From: Styela clava
Lineage: Eukaryota
Direction of reading: 5' to 3'
Assembly: GCF_964204865.1 (NCBI RefSeq)
Contig: NC_135256.1
Location: forward strand, 8,928,001 to 8,992,000
Length of the DNA stretch: 64,000 bases
This document shows positions 1 to 11,200 of the stretch, piece by piece; the stretch's first letter is position 1; every line of letters starts with the position of its first letter. A program made the position numbers and the translations under genes. A model generated the notes under the pieces. The model was given only the letters and a program-made list of their open reading frames with translations. It was not told where the DNA came from and made no database searches.

Positions 1-240
1 AATTTATACAAACCCATCTGTGGGCTTATTTCACTTTCACTCCAAAAGTGTTGTTCAAAAAAATGTTACAATTATTTTAATTGTTGTGCAGCAAGATGTA
101 GCAAAGAATACATTTTTAATATTGAAGAATTTTTAGTTTAATTAAATTTCTACAATTATTTTTTAATTTTAATTCAACTAATTAAATTTAATTTTTTAAA
201 TTATTTTCTAGTAATTAAAACAGCATATAATGATCTAATG

Positions 241-330
241 CAGTGGTTCCCAAACTTTTTTGTACCATCGCTCCCCTACAGTAGTTTATACAACTTCATT
301 GCCACCGGCACTACAAAAAAAATGCAAAGT
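241..330 (+). mobile_element. hAT (Charlie/Buster-type) non-autonomous element end fragment
   Basis: CAGTGGTTCCCAAACTTTTT at 241 is a typical hAT TIR start. It is preceded by ATCTAATG (nnnTAnnn target pattern). The partner TIR was not identified and the right boundary is approximate. Confidence 0.4.
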
Positions 331-3086
331 CAGAAACAAATATATTACAGACCAAATAAGAAGACAAATTATAGATTATAGTGTTTTTTATTGAGATGAA
401 TGAGCCTGGTGTTCTTCAGAGAATTTTCTATTATATCTAAAATTACCTCGTTTACTGATGGAAAGGCGATTTCGTTTTGATAGCAATAGTAGTATACAAA
501 CAGAATACTCTTTATATCAGGATATAACTGAGAAGAGATACAATTGATATTGTGGGACGACTTAGAGTCTTAGATTTATCTATAAAACAATATGCAAAGA
601 CTTTTAGCTCTTGTGCTTTTGATTACCATCTTGCAAGAACTTTCTAGTGCCGAAGGTAATATCACATGCAACACGTTTTTAATAGCTTCTAGCTGATGTT
701 TATTTATAAAGGATGCACGCATTAGTACCAGTCGAAAATCTAGATATAATATAACCAGTAGCGTAGTTTGGAAGTCAGTATATATATGGCTTCTAGAGAT
801 ACGCGTAGGTTTGAAATGGCCAAATCACCACGCTGTAGAATTTGCATTGGTCAGTACACAAGCCAACACAGCATGATAAATACACACATCAAGTAAGATT
901 TCATTTCAGAATCATGTGGGGTACAGCATATCATTGAGTCGTCAATAAGTGGAAGAATTGTTGGCGGCAGTGAAGCTGCTCCTGGTGCCTGGCCATGGCA
1001 AGCAATGCTCGTAGAATATTACCAGGATCTCGATGAATTTGGTTTTGTATGTGGCGGCACATTAATAAAAACGCAATGGGTATTGACGGCAGCACATTGT
1101 ATAAATAGGTAAGTAAGTATGCTAAAATATAAATTAGCTAGACTCATAAATTTTCACAAGATTACTTTTAATGCATGTATGATGTATTCAGATTTGATCA
1201 ATTATGGTCATTTCCAATCTCAAAGGCTTTTATTCCCTGCTACACGTAATCCGCACTTCAGTTCTTCTCATTTTAAACTAGATATGAAGCTGGCGGTATT
1301 GATGCATGTAAAGGAGACAGTGGTGGTCCTTTGGTTTGTCGGTCAAGTAAAGATCAACCATTTGTACTTCGTGGCATAACAAGTTTTGGTGATAATTGTG
1401 CTTTAGCACAGAGACCTGGTGTTTATACGAATGCTACGCAGTTTATCGACTGGATTTAACAAGTAACCACAAACAATGGGAATATTAATAGAGAAGGTAA
1501 ACAAATGAATCGTGAATACAAAACTTCATATCTTCGATCGTCTAATAAAAGATTTATATTTTCTGCTGTAAAATCAGGATTTCCGCCAAACATTGACTAC
1601 GAAAATAAACGCGTTACGTCGATAGTGATATTTTGCTAGTATATGATTTCAAGTTTTCGTATTTAAATTTTTATCTACGAACAAGTTTGTGGTATTTGAG
1701 ACATCGGATGACAGAGTATAAGATTGTATGCGATTTTGACTTCACTGAATTTTTTACACTTAAAAACATTTAATATTAATTTGTTCCCATTCACGATTCT
1801 TCTTCTCAAAATTGGCTGAATCATTTTTGCACTCGGATAAAAAAAAAATCATATTTGATCACTTTATACATATAAATATGTAACAGATGTATGTTTTTCA
1901 ACCACTTCAATCAAAAATTGTGAATCAACAGTAACGAAGAACGGAACAATACTCCGAAGTCCTGTAGTGGACACATCGACTTGGCTATATCCACCAGATT
2001 CAGTATATATTTGCTATTTCCTATAAATTTTTTTTGTACATGGTATATTGTCAAGATTTCATCAACAGAAGTTTGATAGTTAGATGCAATGGAAAATATT
2101 ATAAAATGTAGTAATAATACGTCTGTAGATGTGAAATCAAGTCGAAAAGTACAGTATTCTGTATATACTATATTCATATGATGCCTATATAAATGATTGC
2201 GTTCTTTCGAACGTGTTGACTTTAATTGAGAAACTCGGTTCTGCTTTCAGTTCAATACTATTCCAGGTTGTGTATCCTAATATTAATATCATATTTATAG
2301 TATTGCATTTGGAATATTCTCGCTGATGTTGGATGGGAAATCGAGATAGAATTCATTTGCTTCTTCCATTTACAATATTTTGCTCTGTATGATTTTTGTC
2401 GAGACTATGTTGAAATTAAATCAGTTAATACAGGTAAGGCGCATTTATATGGCGTGATTCTCCAATAACATCACCATGTTGTTAGTCAAGTTGGCAAAAT
2501 AATAGGAGGAGAATTATTGTGAAAGAGTGTGTAGTTTTGTATTAAGACTCACAGTTTATTGTAATATTACATACTTTGTTCGATATATTTATGGTATAGT
2601 TCAATTTTAAGCATCTCAAGAAGTTATTGCTGTTGACCACATAAATCAAAACGATCGAAATCAGCATATTTTGTTTTATTAAAGCTTCAATCTCTCTGAA
2701 CCTTCATTGTGTGTTTTCAGGGTACAGTAAAAGGTTTTGCGGATCAACAATGCCTGAACCAATTCATATTGAAAATAACGAGGCATCTGTCAGATTTTTG
2801 TCAGATGCTAGGTTGGAGTTATCTGGTTTCGTACTGCGAATAACCTTCGTCCCAGGACACCAAATGACAACAACTTCGGAAAAATCCACTGCGAAAACGA
2901 CTTCAACGGTATCGACTCAAAACGTTGACACATCCAAACCTACAACTAGATCAACCTTCATGCCCGAGACAACTTCTACAGCAGAATTCCAACATCATTT
3001 TACTTCTGAAGTCGCTGGAATGCCCCACACGACACTGGCTAAAACTACTCATGCTTTGTTAACCACAGATAAATCATCATCTACTT

Positions 3087-5567
3087 CAGGCCTGGGCAAG
3101 CTCCGGCCCGCGGGCCGCATCCGGCCCGCGGCAACGTTTCATCCGGCCCGCGAGCAGATTTCTAAATTAAGACACTTACATTTTTTATTTACATATAAAA
3201 TATACTTTGAGGGCAAATTTCATTAATGTAATAGAAATAAGCGTTTTGGTAGCTTTGTGTATTTTAGATTAGACCATGGCATAGTACCAACTGCTATCTG
3301 TAGTCATCTTTGTCGCAACGATCAGCGCTTGTTTTTGCACGTGATTACTGAACAGCAGAGTAATCGAAGCGTGAATTTTGCGCGCGTAATTTCGATGAGT
3401 CGCGTTTTGATTCGTGTCCCAATTAAGAAGGATACAGTTAGGCTAGTCAGCTCTGCGCTACTCAGCGTTTCAAATATTGTAGAAGTAGTGGTATGTAGAT
3501 AAATTGTTGAATTGCGCCCAGCTTTATTTTATTCTTTGTTTATCCTTTTATTTATGTAACTTGAACTGTAGCGTCAATTCTAAACCTGTGCTAGATCTAC
3601 AAAGTTGCAAAATGTCAGCCGAAAACAAGAAAAGAAAAGTTGACACAGAATGCAGAATTTTTAACAAAAGTTGGACAGCGAAGTATTTATTCACAGAAGT
3701 CGATGGGATAGCTGTTTGTCTGGTTTGCAAGGAGAAGGTCGCGGTTATTAAGGTTTTTAATTTAAAAAGGCATTTTGAGACAAAACATGCAAAAAAATAC
3801 AAAAATCTAAGTAATAATGAAATGGCGCAAACAGCGGAGAGTATGGTAGCAAAGCTCGAAAAACAGCAAAGTTTTTTCACACGACTCCATGCATCTAATG
3901 ATGCAGCTGTCATGGCCAGTTTCGTAATAGCTCACAAAATCGCTCAAAACAGCAAACCATTTTCTGAAGGGGAGTTCGTCAAAGAATGTTTAGTAGAGAC
4001 GGCAGCAATTGTTTGTCCTGATAAAACAGATGCTTTAAAACAAGTTCCGCTATCGAGAAGAACTGTCACCAGAAGGGTTGAGTGTATCGCAGGAGATTTA
4101 AGAGATCAGTTGCTACATTATGTCAAACAATTTGACTTCTTCACTTTAGCGTTAGACGAGAGTTGTGATGTACGCGACACTGCTCAGTTGCTTATTTTCG
4201 TTCGTGGAATTACTTGTGATTTCAAAATTACTGAAGAAATAGCTGCTATAAGACCAATGAAAGGAACAACAACAGGTGCAGATATTTTTAGCGAGGTAGA
4301 TGCATCCATGGATAAGTTGGGACTTAAATGGGAAAAATTGGCGGGAGTGACGACAGATGAGTGCCCAAATCTTACAGGAAAAAATGTGGGATTGTTGAAG
4401 CGCATGAAAGACAGAGTTAATGAAATTGACCCAAAGCAGCAGTTAGTGTTTTTACATTGTATCATACATCAACAGGTATTGTGCAAGTCAGTGCTAAAAA
4501 TAAGCCATGTCACTGATGTTGTTACAAAACTAGTTAACTTCATCAGGTCTCGAGCACTAAATCACAGACAGTTTATTTCCCTGTTGGAAGAGCAAGAAAA
4601 TGAGCACACTGACATAGGATATCATACAACTGTGAGATGGCTCAGTTTAGGCAAAATACTGAAGCGAGTTTGGGACTTGCAGCAGGAGATTCGAGAATTC
4701 TGTCAAACAAAGAACAAGGATATTCCGCAGCTTTCAGATAAGAAATGGTTATCTGATTTTGCTTTTGTTGTTGATGTCACTGCTCTATTGAATGAGTTGA
4801 ATTGCAAACTCCAAAGTAAAAAACTGTTTGTACATAATATGCACAGCTTGGTAAAATCGTTCATAACGAAATTGCAGTTTCTTTCACGCCAATTACAGAA
4901 CAATAATCTCGCTCATTTTCCCACACGCAACACAGCTACCACATCTGCAAATGATTTTCAAAAGTACTCTACAATGCTAGATGCACTGCATGCTGAATTT
5001 TTAAGACGATTTGAAGATTTCCGATTAATTGAAAATAAAATGAGTATGGTCTCTTCTCCTTTCACCAGTAACGTGGAAAACATACCATCTGATGCACAAC
5101 TCGAGCTTATTGATTTGCAGTGTGACACTTTACTTCAGGAAAAATTTAAATCATCTGAAATTCTGGATTTTTATTCCTCTCTAAATAAAAAAAAGTTTTC
5201 CCAACATAAGGAGACATGCTCAAAAGATGCTAGTTCTTTTCGGATCCACTTATATTTGCGAGCAAACCTTCTCAGTAATGAATTTTACCAAATCGAAATT
5301 TCGGTCGTCTCTCACCGATGAACATCTTTCTGATTTGCTGAGAATATCTACGTCTGTCATTGAACCCGACATTCAAGGACTTGTTAAGGCGCAGCAGAGC
5401 ATACACACGTCTCATTAAAAATAACAATTGTATTAGATTTTGTTTCATTCAATTGTGTAATAAAATACAATAAAAAACGCAATGTGGGTTGACTCAAATT
5501 AGTCCGGCCCGCCACTGCATTTTGATTTGCAATGTGGCCCTCGAGCAAAAATAATTGCCCAGCCCTG
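3087..5567 (+). mobile_element. Full-length hAT DNA transposon (Buster/SPIN/GTF2IRD2-like), 2481 bp
   Basis: TIRs CAGGCCTGGGCAA and TTGCCCAGCCCTG (12/13 match). Perfect 8-bp TSD ATCTACTT at 3079-3086 and 5568-5575. Subterminal CCGGCCCGC repeats. Encodes a transposase. Confidence 0.97.
3612..5418 (+). pseudogene. hAT transposase (GTF2IRD2/SPIN-like) with a single +1 frameshift near 5187-5200
   Basis: ATG at 3612 (MSAENKKRKVD). BED-like zinc finger (CLVC..HFETKH), LALDES, VTTD, HCIIH and VRWLS motifs. The C-terminal dimerisation region FGSTYICEQTFS..RSSL continues in the +1 frame (ORF 5227-5418) after AAAAAAAAGTTTTCCC. Confidence 0.92.
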
Positions 5568-8204
5568 ATCTACTTCAACAGAACCTGGATTTGTTAGTAC
5601 GGCACATACAACTCAAATTGCACGTCGTTTTACTTCCCGGGGAACCGAAATTGGCCTCACGTTGTTTGGTAAAACGACAACAGAATCCGCTGGTACAACT
5701 TCAATCGGTACTACACATTTAACGTATACGAAAGTTGTCAATGCGAGATCTACAACTACAGCAGACTTTGATTTAGTTTCCTCGGCACGTACATCTCAAA
5801 TTTCCCCTCATTTTACTTCACGGGTCACTGAAATTCGCCACACGTCGTTAGGCGAAACAACCCATCCATCTCCAACAGCCACAAAAACGGGATTCGCTGA
5901 AGCAACTGCACCCGGAACTACGAATCTAACATCAACTGAAGTTGTCGATGCGAAAACAACTACAATCTCTTATAGTACATTACGAACAACAGCTTTAGAT
6001 GAAAGTACCGGGAATATGCCAAAGACAACAGCAAAGATCACTGCGTTCAGGACTACGACACCAGCAGTTGCCACTGTTGAAGAGACCACAGCAGCCACTG
6101 AAACGGTAGGCACCAGTGTCGAAACAATTTCACTCGGAGAAACCTCCCTTTTGCCCACTTCATATGAGATACCTAGTCATGGTGGTAGCACGCCATCACA
6201 CGAAGATACTACCCAAAATAAAGATACTACGGCAATTTCTGGTGGCTCAACATTTACAGAATCCATTCCCATTACCTCCGCTTATAGTGCTACTACAACT
6301 ACAAGAATTGCCACAACTAGTCCATCGGCAAACACTAGCCCCGAAACCCCCACTGACAAGCTTACTATTAAACCTGAGACGACACCTACAAAATATAAAA
6401 CAACGGCCATTGTCACATCATCAGAATCATCAACGACACAACCTACTGAGCTAGCCGATCCGATCACATATACTACAATGTTCGAAAGAAGTCCCACTGC
6501 CCGTCTAGCCACATCCAAAATAATTACACGAGAACCCGAAACAACTCACCTATCTGAAACGTCTCTTCCTAATAGAACCACACAACTCGTTCATTTATCC
6601 ACATTTGCACCAAATGGTAAGAACGTGACAAGTGTTGAAAACAACAGTACATCTTCAAAAGCAGAATCTAGTTTACGGAGAACAGCTGTCTCGCACTGTC
6701 AGTTTGTCATTATTCTGTTTTTTGTTGTTGTATTTATTTAATTGGATTGTAGACTCATACAAAATAAAATTAGTTGATCCTTTTTGAAATATATATATTA
6801 CAAACGACTACCGTTATGTTTAAAAGTCAGTTCTGTAGGCATGTTCAAATGTATTTCAAATGTTCATAAAAAATTAAAAAAAAATTCACTCTTTTAAAAG
6901 ATATGGCAATATTTAATTATGTTTTGAGCAGCAAAATTTTGACTTCAATAAAATCACGGGAAATAATTTCTTGTCGTTAGAACTTTGAAATGCTACACGC
7001 TTATCTTGCTTTAAAGAATGTCAAATTCGCATGTATAATCTTTTGGGAAACACGTGGTTATGGGTATGGATAAAATGTATTTTAAACAATTTCAACACCA
7101 CTTACCTTATTTTATGTTAGTTTTAAAATAAACAATAAAATTGAAGAGGCCATTGAAATTGTTTTTAGCGTGATGAAATTTGTGAAATTATGTATGAATT
7201 GTTTGATCTATCGATTGCGTCATCAAAATTGACCTGTACAAATATTTTTTTAAATTCGAGGCGTTGGCTTATTCACTCTTAAGTCTAATTATATTTATTT
7301 TCCATGTACGTGTTTTAAAGTATTGTTCAAGAAGTTCTATTGTTACGCTCAAAAGATTCATACGTTCGACTTACGTTTATGGCACCGTATGATGTTCGTA
7401 TTCAGACGCATTGTTCATTTCATGAACAAATACAATAGCTTTCATATATCTTCCAGTATATTCACACGGTATGTGCATTTTCTGTGGTCTACAGTTTTAC
7501 GACTGAGGCGTGGTAGGAATAAATGTATGTTTAATGGCTTTTATTCATGGAACTCTCCCTTCCATACAACTGTCAATCCATTTTGTCTTCTTGATTCTTG
7601 AAGGTATTACTAATTCAATATTAGTCTCCGGCCAGGACATTTCACACCAACCCTTTCACTTAAATTTTGAATATACCAACTCTATGCTCCCATAAGGACT
7701 TGATTTTGTAGAATTTTGATTCTAGAATTCGCAGAATACAAATGATACATATACTAGAATTTGCAATGTCAAGACGTGTGATCTTCTTCTAAAGTTTTTT
7801 CTCATATTTTGCTTTTCTATTTTATTTTCCTTATATTTGCTTTTGCTATATTTTGCTTTTGCTTTCTTATATTTTTCGGCTCGATCGGCTTTTTCATCAC
7901 TAATTGGCGCAATATGCATTCAGAATAGGCCGTACTTGTCGGAGACATTCACATATCATCTTTTGATCATTTCCTCTCAATATATATATATAAATAGCAA
8001 TCGACTGTATTTGTGCAAAAGCTGATCAACATATCAGCAAAATTATAGTTCCCAATTTCTGCTAGACTACGTTCTTTGTCATCATTTCACGAATCGTATA
8101 GTAAGAGTACACGATCTTTATACCATGTAGTATTCGGTTCGTTCGTAATATTGTGCATTTTAAAAAGTGCGTTTAAAAAGTGGAATTAGTAATTTTATAT
8201 GGTT

Positions 8205-11200
8205 TTAATATATTGCAGTAGCTATAAAATAAGTTGTAAAATATATCCAACTGGACAACTGCATAGTAAAGCTCCTGGCATCTGCCGTTGGACAGTCCTG
8301 CTCTTTGCAAGGTGCTTGTCTCATACCTGATTTGGTGACGTATTCATTTTCACCATCAAGGTCTGGTTTTAAAGTCACTAGACCAGCCGAGGTTGTTGTT
8401 TGTGTACTGTTTGAAGATAAGCAGGGACCAGAAGTTGTATTTTTCGCCGGTTTCGTGTCGCAGGGATTCTCAATTTCATCGACGCCATTTTTTGGACCAA
8501 CTGTGGCTTGAGGTAATGTCTGTTTTGGTGTTGTTGAGATGTAGTGATTAGGATCCTTGACAAAAACAATTTTCAAAACAAAGCCCGATGATTGAACTGA
8601 CGAGTCAGACTTAAATGTAACCTTGGCTCGATTGCTCCTAATGGTTATTGGGCTCAGCAGGGAGCTGCCGCAATATATAGATGTCATATCTAGAAATAGG
8701 AAATATTCGAAGTTTAAGTTACTTACACAGTGATGGATTATATGCTGATGGAGAGTTATAAGCTTGTTAAAGAATATTTTTTCGAACGCTACTTTGTATA
8801 TAGCACTCTTAATTAATTATATCTATTCAGTATGAATGTTAATAGTGGCGTATTTTGTGTGTCCGCAAGGTTTTAAGTTTCAATAACACCTATCAATAAT
8901 CGGTTCACAATGCCAGTGTAAGTAAAACAAACACATATATACTTTTATATATATTCAATACATTTAACTTGGTGGAGTAATTTATCACGAAATCGTTTTA
9001 TACAAATAATATGATATTTTGGCAGTATTACTAGAGATATTTATCGGTAATATATATCGGCCATTTTTTAGGTTTCGGCCATGTATCGGTATCGGCTAGA
9101 TTAAAGCCGATATTTCCGATATATTTACTTTTTTGATTTGATCCAGAATGTTTTAAAAGATAAGTTGAAATTAGGCTTGCACGTAATTGACAAAAATCAA
9201 TTCCGTAATTACGGCAAAATCAATTACGTAATGACCCCGTAATTGCGATATTTTTCCACGCATTTAAACCTATCATAACAACCAATTGAATCCACTTCTT
9301 TTCCGAATGGGACATTGAAGTTGGGTTTTCATATTCTTGGCAGTACTACACGCCGGCGGCAGATGTTAAAGACAAATATCAAGTAGTGAATTCAAATTAA
9401 TATTATTCTTATTTTTATCTTTGTGTTAGCTTTGGTTTTCCTTTATCACCTTCGCAAATTAACCGTCCCATTTTTATGCGATCAATTTTATTTTATCATT
9501 ACCGACACTGGTATACGGATATATATGAAAACGATAGTTTTTTAAAACCACCTTAGTACTGAATAAAAATTACGGGTATCTAATTTATTAACCAACGACG
9601 AGCGTATTCTCTCGTTTGATTATGCTTGCGATTTCCTCGCGACGAAGACTTGTTTTTGCAGCGTCTTCTGCATTATCCGACATTACTGCCTTGTTAGCAT
9701 TTTATAATAATAATTATTGATGTCGACTTATTGACGATATTCCGATTACCATGCTTCATTTTACATTTAATCATTTCGCGGACTGAATGTTTATAACATT
9801 ATTTGCGATAAATTTAGATCAAATATTATTTATTTGCGTATATTAAATACCGAACTTATATGATATGCCTTCTCCGAAAATACAAAGTTATATCGCAACA
9901 CAATGCATTTTGTGACATTTATTTTACACTCACGACATTTATTTGCTAACTCAAGTCGGCGATCCTATCGACCAAGTTTGACACAAATTTGGTCGAGTGC
10001 CGGTGGTATTCAAGTCGACGATAAATCAAAATAAGTTGCCGCATTTGGTAAGACAGTTGATCATATATGGCCGAAATATTGAGAGGAATTGTGAAAAACA
10101 TCATGAGCAAGGCCAAGTCCGACCTGATATATAACGATAAAACCGTTAACAGAACATCAAGATTTTGTAATAGAAAATGGATCTCGCACAGAATAAACAC
10201 ACTGGCTCATATTTGATAGCAGTTAAATTTTTAGCGGTCCGCGAGGAATCCGTCGTTTTGTTGTTTCTCTGCCGTCTCAATCGCTTTACCGATGCCGAGA
10301 AGACGAAGTTGCGTTGGTTCATTACGCAATCTCTCTTCTGTCGTCATATTGCTATTTGATAAGGGCGATCAATTATCACTGCGAGGTATTGGCGCGAGTG
10401 ATCAATCGCTCTTTTCGCTTATTTGGTTCCAATTCGTCGCGAAAGCTCTTCGTTAAATTTCACAAGATCGTCGTGTTGAAAGGTTATGGATATTTTCCTG
10501 TTTATACCCCAAGTCTGAAATAAAACAGCCAAAAACAGTATGATATTCCATGTTCGTATATCAAGTGTTGATATTAACAATAAAGAATGGTTAAGCATTG
10601 CTAATCCACACTTGGTGGGGAATTCCCACTATTTAAACGCGTGACTATAAAATAGAAACGGAACATATATACCATAAGTAACGGAAAACTGGAACAAGTA
10701 AATAATAAATAAAAGTAAAATGGATACAAATGTTTGATAGATTGATCTCATGCGTTCATTAGTCATTTCACCCGAAGAAGTTGAAACCGAGCGTGTTAGC
10801 GTCCATCGGTCTTAACACAATTCTTCCCCCTATCTACGGTTATTATGTACATTGGCCATGGCCATGCTAGATAAGATGCGAGAGAAGTTGAAACCAGGTG
10901 TGTTGGCGTCAATCGGTCTCAACGCAATCCCTTACGGTTAAGTTGCGGGAGAAGTTAAGACCAGGTGTGTTGGCGTCAAACAGCCCTACTCAGTTCTTCC
11001 CCCTTAACTACGTTAATAATTTACATTGGCCATGCCAGATAAGTTGATAATAGGTTAGTAAATGGCAACGCGTCACGCGTTCCTTCACCTACGTAACAAG
11101 AGAGAGAAAAGAAAGAAAACAACGGCTGCGAATACCGGAACTCTAACTTCTTCTACTTGTTGAGCTTTCATTTTTCGCAATCGACTAAATTGACTGCTTT

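Larger units (their letters stand above)
592..6741 (+). pseudogene. Disrupted trypsin-like serine protease-CUB-mucin stalk-GPI gene (family member A)
   Basis: Exons: 592-655 (signal peptide MQRLLALVLLITILQELSSAE), 910-1108 (CG..SGR|[22 protein letters not shown]), 1282-1496 ([18 protein letters not shown]), 1887-2002, 2301-2433, and 2721-3086 plus 5576-6741 (CUB, Thr-rich stalk, hydrophobic tail CQFVIILFFVVVFI). Lesions: the three middle protease exons seen in paralogs (including catalytic Asp) are absent, there is an in-frame TAA at 1457-1459, and a hAT element is inserted at 3087-5567. Confidence 0.88.

Noticed and set aside
3504-3611. Hydrophobic N-terminal extension of the 605-aa ORF resembling a signal peptide
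   Set aside because: It starts at a TTG. Family-typical sequence begins at ATG 3612, so the extension is probably 5' UTR of the transposase.
5188-5195. A_AAA_AAG slippery heptamer suggesting programmed -1 frameshifting
   Set aside because: The downstream domain is in the +1 frame, and programmed frameshifting is not an established feature of hAT transposases.
10775-11045. Repeat-spacer-like pattern reminiscent of a CRISPR array
   Set aside because: Only three degenerate copies with related spacers, located inside a eukaryotic hAT element, with no cas genes.
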